A stretch of DNA of 64,000 nt from Octopus sinensis (Eukaryota). Below the pieces are notes generated by a model. The model saw only the letters and a program-made list of their open reading frames with translations. It was not told the DNA's origin and did no database searches. Where the stretch lies: positions 161,200,001 to 161,264,000 of the forward strand of contig NC_042998.1 of assembly GCF_006345805.1 (NCBI RefSeq), read 5' to 3'. Shown piece after piece: positions 1 to 13,435 of the stretch. Position numbers and translations under genes: made by a program. Numbering within the stretch: the first letter of the stretch is position 1; every line of letters starts with the position of its first letter.

Positions 1-154
1 TGGATCAAACTGTTTTCACAGTGCCGTTTCTCTGAAGTTCTATGGACGTTGTTTATAGAAATGTTTTCTGTTTAATATAGTTTTGTACATTCTTGTTAAC
101 AGGAATCTTTAACAGAGTCATAGATTTTATATTTGTATGTTTTTTTTATGGTTT

Positions 155-270
155 TGGTAAGAAGCTTGCTTCTCAACCACATGGTTTTGGGTTCCAATAT
201 GTGGTACCTTGGCTATAACCTCAGGTGAACCAAAACCTTGTGAGTGGATTCGGTAGAAACTGAAAGAATC
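155..270 (+). mobile_element. SINE family A, degraded 5' half
   Basis: Matches the head of fuller copies (ggtaagaagcttgcttctcaaccacatgg...ccttgtgagtggattcggtagaaactgaaag; compare 7132-7540). Confidence 0.7.
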
Positions 271-595
271 TTATAGATATCTATAACGTATATATATATA
301 TGTATGTATGTATGTATGTATATAAAATCTAACGTAAACAGAAAATGGAGAAGTATTTCTTTATTTTCTGTTTACTTTAAATTTGATTCCTGATAGACTC
401 ATGTTTATCTTTGTCATTACCTGTTATCTATGAGCATAATATGCTTGCATATGTATATCCAGGGTTAACATAGGTAATTATACCGGTAGTATAACGGATA
501 CTTTTATACCTTAGATGGTTATTCCAAGCTCTAACTCTACTAACCTATATATGTATATATGTATTGGCATATATATATACACACACACACACACT

Positions 596-654
<59 letters not shown>

Positions 655-674
655 GCATGTATGTATGAATATGT

Positions 675-895
675 GTGGGTGTTTGTCTCTCCACCCACTT
701 GATAACCAGTGCTGGTGTGTTTATATCCCTGTAACTTGTAACTTAGTGGTTCAGCAAAAGAGACTGATAGACTAAGTATTAGACTTTAAAGCAATAAGTC
801 CTAGGGATCATTATATTAGATTAAAATTACAAGGCAGTGCTCCAGTATGGCCACAGTCAAACGACTGAGACAAGTTGAAGAATAAAGATAAAAGA
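675..895 (+). mobile_element. SINE family A, 3' half
   Basis: cacttgataaccagtgctggtgtgttt...gtgctccagtatggccacagtcaaacgactgagacaag, homologous to the 3' halves of other copies. Confidence 0.75.
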
Positions 896-1261
896 TGTCA
901 GTCACAGTTGTCTCACCACCAAAACCAAACTAGTGAGATTGATTTTGTTGGTGTTCAGTTTTAGGATCTGAGTCTGCCACTGTTGGAGAAATGTGAATGA
1001 AAAGGCCATTCTAGAGGATTTTCATTCTAGTTGATAAGAATGGGTAAACTTGTTAGTGTGAGGTTCTTTAAAAGGAAATGTGGAAAGGGTTTTAAGAGGA
1101 AAAGAGATAGGGATAGATAGGTGTATTGGGTAGATTTGCAAATCTTCTGCTCTTCTGCACCATGCATCTATATGAGAGGATCACTGAAAGCTAATAAAGC
1201 AGAATTCAACATTCTAACAAGACATCCACGTTAAATTGGATATAAAGATATATATATATAT

Positions 1262-1492
1262 ATCAATTTAAATACACAACAAAAAGAGCTCCCAATAGTT
1301 TCATGCTATTATGATACTTGCTTGAACAGGCTTATTCATAAAATATGGCATGCATGTATCTTAAAGCAATGATTATAAACAGAGCCTGAAAGATTACTTT
1401 AAGATACATGGCGTATTATATAAATATGCCAGTTCAAGTATCATAACAGCATGAAACTATCAGTAGCTCTTTCGATAATGTTTTAAATTGAT
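1262..1492. repeat. Imperfect fold-back (~105-bp arms, ~22-bp spacer) abutting (TA)n
   Basis: 1262-1370 (atcaatttaaa...aagagct...atagtttcatgctattatgatacttg...catgtatcttaaagcaat) is the reverse complement of 1392-1492, with substitutions and indels. Confidence 0.8.
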
Positions 1493-1556
1493 ATTTATCT
1501 CTCACTGGATTGAGTGCTTTTCTTGTTGATTCTCTCTCTCTCTCTCTCTCTGTATA

Positions 1557-1598
<42 letters not shown>

Positions 1599-1611
1599 GT
1601 ACAAATCAAAT

Positions 1612-2460
1612 CAAATCAAATCAAAACAAATCAAAATAGATGAACATCAATGGAATTTGTATCTTTGTGGTACCAGTGCCGGTGGCACACAAGAAAACTA
1701 TCCGAACGTGGCCGTAGCCAGTACCGCATCGACTGGCCTCCGTGCTGTGGGCAAGTAACAAACACCATCCGATCGTGGCCGTTTCGCCAGCGTCATCTGG
1801 CACCTGTGTCGGTGGCACATAAAAACACCATCCGAAGACCCGGCAAGACTAGTCAGGCCATAACCCGTGGCCCCTACCTGGGACGTAGTCAGTCCACCTG
1901 TGCATACATTCCTTCTTGTGACACTTGTGAAGACCTGTTGAGGCAAGTGAAAATCAATCAAAACAAATCAAAATAGATGAACATAAATGGAATTTGTATC
2001 TTTGTGGTACCAGTGCCGGTGGCACACAAGAAAACCATCCGAACGTGGCCGTAGCGAGTACCGCATCGACTGGCCTCCGTGCTGTGGGCACGTAACAAAC
2101 ACCATCCGATCGTGGCTGTTCGCCAGCCTCATCTGGCACCTGTGTCGGTGGCACATAAAAACACCATCCGAGCGTGGCCGTCTGCCAGCCTCATCTGGCA
2201 CCTGTGTCGGTGGCACATAAAAAACACCATCCGAGCGTGGCCGTTCGCCAGCCTCGTCTGGCACCTGTGTCGGTGGCACATAAAATCACCCACTACACTC
2301 TCGGAGTGGTTGGCGTTAGGAAGGGCATCCAGCTGTAGAAACACTGCCAGATCTGACTGGCCTGGTGCAGCCTTCGGGCTCCCCAGACCCCAGTTGAACC
2401 GTCCAACCCATGCTAGCATGGAAAACGGACGCTAAATGAATGATGATGATGATGATGATA
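1612..2460 (+). repeat. CpG-rich tandem unit (~340 bp, second copy partial) with internal ~62-bp minisatellite, ending in an RTE-type 3' tail with (GAT)n
   Basis: 1612-1835 recurs at 1956-2170; accatccga units at 2101, 2163 and 2226; tail ggcgttaggaagggcatccagc...ccaacccatgctagcatggaaaacggacgctaaatga(atg)n. The RTE assignment is inference. Confidence 0.75.
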
Positions 2461-3670
2461 CACAGACATGACAGAAGTAAATAGACACACTTATAATCAT
2501 AAAAATTTATTTAAATCTGAAATAGTGCATTCAAATTATAATGTGAATATTTAATATTTAGTAGACATGCCCTTTGTTTTCTTCAATGCAAGGACTCTAT
2601 TAGGCATGTTAATGATCAGATGATGAATATTCTCTTGTAAAATTTCTTGCCAAGTTTCATGCAGTAATCTCAAAAGATTTGGCTTTGAAGCTGCTCTCTT
2701 GTTCTTTTTATGAAGTGTCCTGTCCATTATGCCACAGAGGTTTTCAATAGGGTTCATATCTGGTGACTGGCTTGGCCATGGAAACTTTTTAATGCCATTC
2801 TCTTCCAACAAATCATGGGTCATTTTAGTCATATAACAAGAAGCCCCATTTTCCATAAATAAAGAGTCTTCCTTAATCATTTCACCACTTGAAAAGATTG
2901 GAAGGAGTGCTTTCTGCAATATGGACATATATTTATTTGAGTTTATGTTTCCATCACACTCCACCATTGCTCCAAATTGCTCTCCAGACCATCACAGAAT
3001 AGCTGCCATGTTTCATTGTTGGCTGCAATCTTTTCCCATTAAATTCTTGATCATTGAGTCTCCAGACCAACACTCGACCACTGTTAGGTAATACAGCAAG
3101 TCTGGATTCATCAGAGAATATGATAGTGTCCCAAAATGCAATGGCCTCTCTACCACCTCACTGGTCCAATCTTTTCTCTGCTTGATGTTGGCTGGTCGAA
3201 GAAGTGGTTTCCATCTTGCTGCACTGCCATAGTAATCAAGTTTGTGGAGATACCTGACAGTTGTTCTGGGACTGACATTAACTTGTTCTGCTATGTCAGA
3301 GGCCTTGCAATGAGGATTATCCTCCAAACTTCTCTTAACAAAAAAAAGGGTCTTGTCAGAGGTTCCCTGGTTGATCTGGATTCCTTCCCCTCTCTGATGA
3401 ATTGCATAATCATTCTATTAACTGTAGAAAACAGGATCCCAAAGTTTTCTGTGACTTTACGCTATGTTCACCTTCAGAATGACCCACAGTATGGCCTGTT
3501 TGAAATTCAGACAGCTCCAAGGCTTCTTTTGTTCATGGCATGATTAGGTAGTCACATATAGAACCTGAAGCATAAGAATGCCAATTAATAAGAAATACAA
3601 GCCTTTACAAATAAGAATAAACATAAAACGATGTTTCATGGGGTGTCTATTTACTTCTTTCATGTCTATA
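2461..3670 (-). mobile_element. Tc1-family (DD34E-type) transposon, full-length but inactivated
   Basis: 28-bp TIRs at 2461-2488 and 3643-3670 (25/28 match) with TA flanks. Transposase is split over ORFs 3013-3327 (HTH region) and 2551-2967 (WPSQSPDMNPIENL). FSDESR lies in a third frame, and the second catalytic Asp reads Asn. Confidence 0.93.
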
Positions 3671-3671
3671 T

Positions 3672-3995
3672 AAAAGAGTAAAAACCCCTTCAGTCATGAA
3701 TGACCATAGGATTGCATATAGAAAGCTACCCCCAAGGCACAAATCCAGGTAAGGTTGTTTATGGAAGACCAGCAGTCACCTATACATACCAATCTCCTCT
3801 TTCCACAACACTGATGTTACCCAAAGGAAAGGCAAAGCCAATATAGCTTGACACCAGTGACATCGCAACTCATTTCTACAGCTGAGTGAACCGGAGCAAC
3901 GTGAAATAAAGTGTTTGCTCAAGAATACAACACACAGCCTGGTCTGGCAATCGAACTCACTTCTTCATGTCTAAACACTGAGCCGTATGCCTTCA
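3672..3995 (-). mobile_element. tRNA-headed SINE family C
   Basis: Minus strand starts gaaggcatacggctcagtgtttaga...gagttcgattgcc (A/B-box-like), followed by ttcttgagcaaacactttatttcacgttgctcc. Confidence 0.7.
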
Positions 3996-4044
3996 CACAC
4001 ACACACACGCACACACACACACACACACACGTGCACACACACAT

Positions 4045-4077
<33 letters not shown>

Positions 4078-5599
4078 CACACCGCATACACATATAAATG
4101 GACTGAAGGGCTGAGAGTGGGGATCTACCTGTCTATATGTTCTTGCAAGTGCATAAGCACCAAAGAAACAGTTTTGCAAAAACATCATACTACTAAATAG
4201 TATATGCTATTAAATCATACTTGCTGTCACACACACACACACACACACATACACATATACATAAATATACATATGCACGTGTGTGTGCATGTGTATACAA
4301 CCTTATGTATACACATAAGCGTATATGTGTTTTATGATACATGTAAGATTTTCATATAAACTATATCAAATATGATACTTTTCTCAACACTGAATTGGGA
4401 ATAAAAATAAAAACTAACGACCCCTAAATCCATTGGCAGAAATAACTCAGTGACATGATGTTTTAGATTAATGCATAACATATATTAATGTGTGTGCATA
4501 TATTTATGCTTGTATACACACATACACACATGCCATGTACGCATGCATGCTTGCATGCTCACACACATTGCATGTATGCCTGCATGCACACACACACACA
4601 CATACGCATGCATGCGCACACACAGATAGAGACAAACACACATATATACATGTATAACATAGATAAGACACAGACTAACACACATGTACATGTGTAACAT
4701 AAATATAAGCATTCCTTCTCCAAGCTATCAAACACTTCTCAAATTCCTTAGTTTTACTCATCAAGATTACCATAAATGCATGCATATGTACATAAGTTTA
4801 TACTCATTGGTCTACAGTTTGAGAAGTAGAATGATGTGAGTTTTGATTCTTCATTATTGTCCTATGATATTCTTTGTATAAAGATTGAAACATTATGAAT
4901 AAGTTAATTAAAACATCACATTAATTTCACATGTCAAATCTTTTTCAGAGCAGATGGTTTTATTGAGCTTAAGAAACAACAACAATAAACTTGGTGATTT
5001 GATGATTAGCAATATTAATATACCTTATGTGATTAATTCTGTTATTACTTTAATGTCAGTTTTGACTTTCTTTTAAAACAGACAAAAGAAGAAAAAAGTA
5101 ACTCATTTAAAGAATTCAATGAAAGTAGATTTCATATATATATATATATATAACAAATGAAAGACAGAAGATGGAATATATAAGAATTCACTATTAATCA
5201 CAATTATTTCAACATATCTAGCATTGATTCCTCTTGGGTGGGACACTCAAAAACTAGTTCGGGAGCATCCGGTGGTGCAGATATATCTTTGGGTGATAAA
5301 TAAATTAAAAAATATAACTCATTAAAATGACTGTTCCACAATGTAACTTTCTGTTTTGTAGAGAGAAAAACAAGCCAGATGGAGGAAATATCTTCATTTA
5401 TATAGAAGATCAAAAATGAAATCGCAGATGACAAAAAGAGAAACGAACACACAATCTAGGGAGAAAAGTATTAAAAACAACTGTTAACAGATATGGATGT
5501 ATAAATGCCCTCAGGCAAGCTGCATGTCATGAGTACACTTACTGATACAAGCATCCGCAAAAATGTGAGGACATGCATAAGTGAGGTTTGGTGCAGTCA

Positions 5600-6110
5600 C
5601 ATATAGTGTTGAGTCAAAAGTTTTGCAATATTTTGGTAAATTATTTGGTTTATTTGTCAAGTTACAACAAAAGCAGCCTAGCATTCAAAGTAGAGGCCAT
5701 CATGTTGCACTGTTTGAAGCTACCTTTCTGCCAGTCCTTTGACCCTATACTGATGCCAGCTTTTGTCCTTTGAGGTAATAAATTCCTTCATTGGATCTTC
5801 CACCCCATCTTGGTTGAGGAAGCTTCATGAGTGTTGAAAGGAAGCCATGGATTGGAAGAAGCAATAATCTGTGGAAGTTAAATCTAGACTATAGGCTGGG
5901 TGTGGCACCAGTTCAATTCCCTCAAGTTCCTAGACTTTGCCAGGCCATTCAAGCAGCATAAGGTCTTGCATTGTCTTGTTGCACAAGCGTTCACTTTCTA
6001 TTAACCAGTATTGGGTAGTTTTTAGCACTATGGCATGCATTTACTCCAGCTCTTCGAAGAACAAGTTGACATCAACACTTCAATCATCTGGAATTAACTC
6101 ATAATGAATT
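5600..6110 (-). mobile_element. mariner (DD34D) transposase relic, C-terminal half
   Basis: Minus-strand fragments QQDNARPYAA, ELVPHPAYSLDLTSTDY and GLAER*LQTVQHDGLYFEC*. Confidence 0.85.
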
Positions 6111-6571
6111 AATCCCTCAGAGCATCATCCTATGTTTGAAGGGGATATATTGAATAAAATTATAATTAACTGATCCCCTGTATTTTATTTTACCCAAAGC
6201 CAGGATCTTTTCAGCAACCCCCTCATGTGGTGCACCTGCACGACTGCAGCCACTTGGCTGAAACGAATAAAAATATATATATTTATATATATATATATAT
6301 TATTAAACAGTTTAATTTGGTTCCAAGTGGCTTAATGTTTTGCAGGCCTCTAATAGAAGTTCATCTCTTTCATGCATTATATTACTGAATTGTAATTAGA
6401 ATCAAATTCAGTGATCTAAAACCTGATAAAGATGGGCTTCTGTTAGAGGCCTGGGAAACTTCAAGTCACATGAAACCAAATCAACTGTTTTAAGTATTAC
6501 ATGCAACTCTTACTAAATATGTTGTGTGCCTTTTTCTTTCAATTACTCACTCATTTGTACATACATACATA

Positions 6572-7105
6572 CAGGGTGTCTGTAAAGTTACAGTACAGTT
6601 ACTTATAATAAAGAAATATGGTTAGATTAAACAGGTTTTTAGAAAATATGTGTATTACATTAGAAGATACTGTAGCAATATAGGCATTCAATTTCATTTA
6701 CTACAGTTATGATAAATGTTCAAATTGAGAGCCATTAGCTTCAATGTATTTTCGACAATATGCAAGCACATTGTGACAAACTTTGGTGCGCAGGTCTGGA
6801 TCAAGGTTAGCAAATGCATCAATAATGAACTGCTGAATATCTTCAATACTTCTTGGCTTCCTTGACTTACAGTCTGTTTGCAAAATTGAGACCTGTGATC
6901 AGGATCAACCTCCAGAAGTCTGTGAATTAGGTGCAGAATGCGAGGTTTCATATTGCATTTTGTAAGTATTTTATGGAGTTCATTTGATAACAATTTCTGA
7001 GCTACCACGGCGAATTGATTTCTTTGGTCTTCTTACATATATCTCAGCAAGCATATCATAGAGTTATTTTCGGCCTAACTGTATAGTAACTTTACGGACA
7101 CCCTC
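6572..7105 (-). mobile_element. Internally deleted Tc1/mariner element (534 bp)
   Basis: 30-bp TIRs at 6572-6601 and 7076-7105 (26/30) with TA flanks. Remnants KPRILHLIHRLLEVDPDHRSQFC and CRKYIEANGSQFEHLS* are joined without the DDE core. Confidence 0.85.
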
Positions 7106-7131
7106 TATATGTGTGTGTGTGTGTATATATA

Positions 7132-7540
7132 GGCACAGGAATGGCTGTGTGGTAAGTAGCTTGCTTACCAACCACATGGTTCCAGGGTCAATCCAACTGC
7201 ATGGCACCTTGGGCAAGTGTTTCTACTATAGCCTTGGGCCATCGAAAACCTTGTGAGTGGATTTGGTAGATGGAAACTGAAAGAAGCTCGTCGCATATAT
7301 ATATATATGTATATATATATGTATATGTATATGTTTGTGTGTCTGTGTTTGTCCCCCCACCATAGCTTGACAACTGATGTTGGTGGTTTGGCAAAACTTA
7401 GTGGTTTGCCAAAAAAGACTGATAGAATAAGTACTAAGCTTGCAAAGAATAAGTCTTAGGGTCGATTTGTTCGACTAAAGGTGGTGCTCCAGCATGGCTG
7501 CAGTGAAATGACTGAAACAAATAAAAGAATAAAAGAACAT
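7132..7540 (+). mobile_element. SINE family A, full length with central microsatellite
   Basis: Head ggcacaggaatggctgtgtggtaagtagc...ggttccagggtcaatcc, central (TA/TG)n, 3' end gctccagcatggctgcagtgaaatgactgaaacaaataaaaga. Confidence 0.85.
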
Positions 7541-7576
7541 ATATATATTACCTTATGAGGTATTACTCAGGTAAAG

Positions 7577-7665
7577 GTTAGTGATAGGAAGTGCATCCAG
7601 CAACAGGAAAATCTGCCTCCAACCTATGCAAGAATGGAAAAGTGCACATAAGATGATGATGATAT
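7577..7665 (+). repeat. RTE-type 3' tail fragment
   Basis: taggaagtgcatccagc...aacctatgcaagaatggaaaagtgcacataa(gat)n. Confidence 0.6.
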
Positions 7666-7754
7666 ATGTATGTGTGCTCACGTGCATATTTGTATGTACA
7701 CACACACACACGTAAAGCAGTGTGTATATATAGATACATCTGTTAGCATATATG

Positions 7755-7850
7755 TGTGTGTGTATATATATATATAAATATATATATATATAAATATATG
7801 TATATATATATATAATATATATATATATATTTATATATATATGTATATAT

Positions 7851-7897
<47 letters not shown>

Positions 7898-7990
7898 GTA
7901 TGTCTACATATATGATATATATATATATATACATATGATATATATATATACATATATATATATACATATATATATATATGATATATGATT
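7755..7990. repeat. Long interrupted (TA)n microsatellite
   Basis: Seen directly. Similar tracts occur at about 600-640, 8840-8930, 17125-17190, 34995-35175 and 53170-53265. Confidence 0.95.
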
Positions 7991-8840
7991 AATGTATATG
8001 TGTGTGTTTGTGTGTGTATGTAATATATATCTTATCAATGGTCTGGAGCAAAAACAGTACAGTAAAATTTTGAAGACTAGAATAGTCTTAAAAGTAAAAT
8101 ATGTACTTTTATTAAAGCTTTATATAAAACTTTTGAAGTTTAATTAATATAAATATTAATAGGTAGCCCATTTGTGTTGTGTGTACAAGGTTTCCAAATT
8201 TAGAAAACTCAAGTTCACAGATGAGTGTTGCCTAGCATTAAAAAAAATCTCTTTTACTGGGCTGGTTGTCAAGCTATATAAGAAAAAGCTCACAGGAACT
8301 TTTTATTAGTTGGTGTTGTTGTAAGTGATGGTGGTAGTGATGGTGATATGGGGGGATGAGGAGGCATTGTAATCATTGTTGTTATTTAATTTTGCTGTTT
8401 ATACAACTTTCTCTTTTTACATTAACATATTAACAAGATTTATAAACACAAGTGCTATGGAGTTAAAAAAAAATGCATTAAAAAAACCCAATTATTGCTT
8501 TCTTTTTCTTTTTTCTATTACAAGATTATTTTTTTCTCTACCTCCATATTTTGCTGCTTTTAAATGTAGAGTTTTGTTGGTTTTTACTGTATGTTACATA
8601 TTTTTGAAGCCAGCTTATAGTAATCTTTTTGTTTGTTTGAATGCTAGATTAATTTGGAATTTAATTTCTTTTTCTCTTTGCTGGTAAGCCTATATGATAA
8701 TATAGACCATTAAATACAGAACTTGCTCATATCAAAAAGAAATAATTGTGTTTTTTAATGTTATAATTAAATTCTTTGAATGTAAAATACAAATGTTCTC
8801 ATATGGACTCTGAATTATAGTATCTAATACTTTATATACC

Positions 8841-8934
<94 letters not shown>

Positions 8935-9439
8935 TACACATATACATACACACACACACAAACACATACACACATACATACACACATATATACATACATA
9001 TATATGCAAGTACGTATATATATATATATATATATATATATAACACTTCTTCATTTTTCTTTTCTATTAATCATACTGATTATCATTATTATTGATGCTA
9101 TTAGGGTAGTCAAATGTTAGAAATGGCAGAAATATTAAACTAAATGTTATACACAGCTTACCTTATGTTTTGTACATCCCATTATCAAACCCTACTGTAA
9201 GCAATTTAGTTAGTTGCATACCATTTCAAAGTTGATCCCTTATGCCAATTTAAGAATGAAGAACTTGACTAATGATGTTTCCTATATGAATGCAAGGCAT
9301 GTACTACATACCCAAGAAAGATATAATGAATACAAATAACAGATTTGATTTTAGTATAAATCTTGTGTTGTTATCAAAAATAACTGCAATGAAATATTTA
9401 TGTCAAATTCATGCTATATGTAACTTATTTCAATTAATT

Positions 9440-9701
9440 AGTGTACCAGCTCCTTCATGATCATGTTCTCTCAGATATATGACCTTCTAGCTCACAAAAC
9501 CTCAATCCAGTGTGTTATTATATATGGGGTGTAGTCAAGAGAGAGGTCAATGAACACTCCAATAACATCATACAATCTCTCAAGTCCACCATAACCAGCA
9601 CTGTGTCCAAAGTTGATAAAGATCAGCTGATTCAGGTATGATAATGCTTCCAACACAATATTGAAGCAGTCGTTGATGTTAATAGTAGATTCATTGGATA
9701 A
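9440..9701 (+). mobile_element. Tc1/mariner transposase relic, C-terminus
   Basis: FHDHVLSDI*PSSSQNLNPVCYYIWGVVKREVNEH...CFQHNIEAVVDVNSRFIG* resembles the WPPSSPDLNPLDYYVW motif region. Confidence 0.8.
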
Positions 9702-9959
9702 GTGTGATAAAAGACTCTCAAGATTATTTGTACCAATTTGTTTATAATTACAGCTTTTCTTTGATGGACTATGGTCTTTTTTCTAAATTCATACAAATGA
9801 TCTCAAAAACTAGCACCCACTATATATGACAATCACCATTTTGTTCTTGTTCTACTATCATACTTTCAAATCCTTCATTACCATACTCACTCATTTGAAG
9901 GGTTTTGATGACCTCACTAATGCTGGTGCCATGAGAAATGTACCCAGTGCACACATTAG

Positions 9960-10092
9960 AGTGTTTGGCATTAGGAAGGGTAATCAGCTGCAGAATCCAG
10001 GCCACATAGTCCACTGACTCCTTGAAATGTCCAACTCATGCCAGCATGGAAAAAGGGACATTAAATGATGATGATGATGATGATGATGATGA
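9960..10092 (+). repeat. RTE-type 3' tail fragment
   Basis: ggcattaggaagggtaatcagctg...tccaactcatgccagcatggaaaaagggacattaaat(gat)n. Confidence 0.7.
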
Positions 10093-10435
10093 TACTCTAC
10101 TCTTTTTCTTTTTTACTTGTAATATGTTTGTAGTTACATGTGTTCCTTTTCCGGTATAATCTGGTGCATGTCCTTCACTGGATTGATAAAATTCCCTTTT
10201 GTTGTCCTAGTGTTTTAAGAGTTACTTTGTTGGTTGGTATTGGAATGGGCCCAAATTTAGTGTTCTTTTTGTTGTTTCATTTTATGTTCATTTTATTTTA
10301 TGATCTTATACTAGACTGAATATAAATGTGGTTTTTTGTTTGTCTATTAGCAAGAGTATAGCAGGATTTTAGTGGCATAATTATTGCATTAGACCTGTTA
10401 GTAAGTTATAGTGGACTTGTAACACATATACACGT

Positions 10436-10955
10436 CTTACTATAATGGACATTACATCCGTCTGTCTGGCTGTTCCCTATTCACGGTCAAACACTGGACC
10501 AATGGTCATAATGTTTCTTTGGATTATGAAGGAGGTAATGAGGAAGGTTTTAGTGAAAAAAATGTGAAAAAGCATGATTATTTAGTGGATATTGAGTTTT
10601 GTATTAATAAATCACCTTTGATTTTTTTTGTTAAAATTCCGGCAATGAGGATTAACCCCATATAGTCAGTGAACTTAGAGGGTTTAGATTTGCAATACTA
10701 TCCCTTTATTTCCCATCACAGACGGGCAGATTTGCTATCTTACTATAATGGGCATTATGTCTGTCTGCCCCTCTCTTTGTCTGTTCCCTCTTCATGGCCA
10801 GATGGCTGGACCAATGGTTATGATAATTTTCGGGATTACAAAGATGGTCGTCAGGAAGGTTATTAGCATTAAAAAAAATCAGAAAGTATGATTATTTTGT
10901 GGATATCAGTTTTTGAATTAATAAACAACCTTCACATTTTTATTAAAAATTCACT
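10436..10955 (+). repeat. Two diverged ~210-bp direct copies, possibly Helitron-like heads
   Basis: cttactataatgg...ctgttccct...ctggaccaatggt...aggaagg...atgattattt.gtggatat...attaataaa at 10436 and 10739. The Helitron link is inference. Confidence 0.6.
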
Positions 10956-12859
10956 CATCACGAGCAACTGGATTTTCATCATATAGTTTGTGGCTCCATC
11001 ATAGATACGAAGAGGTTCATGAGGATGATTAATAGTGAAAATAAAATGGAAAAAGTGTGTGTCAGTATATAGTATGTGTGATTATTTAGTTGTTATTGAA
11101 GTGTGTCAGTCTCTAGCAGGATTCAAAATGGCTAATCGAAGCAGCTGCTGTTTACATCTCAGTTTTGTCAATTAAAATAACCCATGGTGCCAGAACATCC
11201 AGACATTATTTGCATAGGACAGTGTGAAGTAAGTCTTCGTTAAATTTTTTTCAACCATAAAGATTCCACTCATACATTCATAGCAAACAAGGCACAGGGC
11301 CAGATTTTAGATCATATAGGTGTATTTTTACCCGTTCCAATGTTTACATATGGCCAGTTATAAGTCGCTATGAGTAAGGTAAAGGACTCCAGTAATTTGA
11401 AAATTAGTGTCAACCAAAAAAAAAAAAAAAATATAGTCTGCAAAGAAGTTTTGTAATCATACTGATATTATCGAAAGGAATATGATTCATAAATTAATTA
11501 AGAAAATTTATGAACTTTGAATATATAAAAGTATAAGCAAGTATAAAATAGTTTAAACAACTAAAATAATAGTATATCTAAATAACATTCTTTCTTAATA
11601 CTTTTTATGCAGTGATCAAAAGAAGCAATTATTATCTTACATCAAAGGTATAGAATGTACCTTCTCAGGTGATTGTTTAAATAAGTTCTTTGTTAGATCT
11701 TTTTGCCATTTCACTCAGTTTGATATGTACATCCAGATTGATACATCATTCCCAGCAGTTTATGGACAAAACTAAAACCATAGATATAATGACAGAAAGA
11801 TACAATTACAATCAAAATACAAAATACATTGATAAAAAAAAGTAGACAAGAAAATAAAGAGGTCCGGTTAACTATGAATTTTTTATTCTATCTAAAGATC
11901 AGATTATAAGGAAGATAGACTTAAGAATAAAATGAAGAATAAAATAAAACAATGTGTTTAGAGATAAGAAAGTGATAAGATGGTTAAGACTGACCATTTT
12001 AGTACCTATCAACTGTTTCTAGTCTCTTTTAGGAACTCAAATTACCTTGCCCTCCATCCCACATCAAAATAACTGCCCCATTCTAGAACTACTTAAAATT
12101 AATTTATTACCATATCAATCTACAAAGTTATTACTCGAATCGTACTCAACTATATACATATACTTTGTTTTTGCATTTGGTTTTCAAAATTCTTTATGCG
12201 AATTTGTGATTTGAAACAAATTTTGTTGTATCTAGAGAGAGTCAATACACCAATATTAAAAACACATGCACTGGTTCAAGTCCTCTCCTTTATTATTAGT
12301 CAGGGGGTTAAATATCTATCCAACTAACTAATTGATTATTTGTTGGTTTAACTTTTTGATTAAACAGCTGGTCATTTGTTTTGCTTTTTGATTTATTCGT
12401 CAACAGTGCACATGTTATTAATATTGGTATAACAACTCTCCCTAGACACAACAAAATATATACATAGACCTATATACATACACCCACACATCTTGTAATA
12501 GCAGAGTGCTGCTTATATGATGCCAATGATTTCAGGTGAATATTTTTGCAGTTATTCAATCATAGTCTAAATAATAGTGGCAACATAGTCATCTAGCTAG
12601 AAAAGAATTCAAATAGGATTTAGTGGTGATAGAAGATACAAAGACAAATAAGCTGGATAAGTGAGTAAGAGGAAGCAATCATTTGGGGACTGTAATGTTG
12701 ATTAACTTCCTTGTATTGTATATTGGTTCTAACCAGAGACGTTTTTGACAGAGTTAATATATAATATATGAATATTTGTATATATAATACATAAAATATT
12801 ATACAGCTATGCAATTGATAATTGATATACCGTCTGAATATTTGTACTGAAATAGCGTA

Positions 12860-13115
12860 GACACAGGCATGGTTATATGATAAAAAGCTTGCTTCTCAAC
12901 CACATGACTCCAGGTTCAGTCCCACTGTGTAGCACCTTGGGCAAGTGTCTTGGGTTGACCAAAGTCTCATGAGTGGATTTGGTAGATGGAAACTGAAAGA
13001 AGCCCATTGTATATATATATGTATGTATGTCTGTGTGTGTGTGTGTGGCGGGGTGTGCTTGTCCCCCACCAGTGCTTGACAACCAGTAATTCAGCAGTCC
13101 ATCCCACCTCCAAAT

Positions 13116-13156
<41 letters not shown>

Positions 13157-13280
13157 GTAAATGCTAGAATAAGTACCAGGCTTTAAAAATAAGTACTTGG
13201 GTAGATTCATTTGACTAAAATTCTTTCAGGTGAAGCCTCAGAATGGGCTGCAGTCTAAAGGTACAAGTAAAAGGTAAAAG
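12860..13280 (+). mobile_element. SINE family A, degraded full length
   Basis: Head, central microsatellite and 3' half match the other copies. Confidence 0.8.
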
Positions 13281-13435
13281 ACTTGTATACATACATATAT
13301 TCATATTCGTGGAACATTATATGCACATAGTGGGTAATATATTGAGTTGCTAGATTGGAATGCATGTGTTAAGTTGTTTGTCAGTGTGTGAGTATTGCAT
13401 GCAAGTTACTGTACATGAATAAATAGGTGTATATA

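Noticed and set aside
2101-2290. CRISPR-like regular repeats
   Set aside because: The ~62-bp units are tandem copies with no unique spacers, there are no cas genes, and the context is eukaryotic.
5204-5458. 82-aa minus-strand ORF after a good acceptor
   Set aside because: No recognisable domain and no supporting partner exons; the length is within chance expectation.
8376-8687. 103-aa hydrophobic ORF (also 22267-22587 and 62242-62586)
   Set aside because: T-rich composition gives F/L/I-rich stop-poor frames, and none shows a family motif.
10985-11050. Minus-strand FSLLIILMNLFVSMM resembling a channel S6 helix
   Set aside because: A stop follows within a few codons and there are no usable splice sites.
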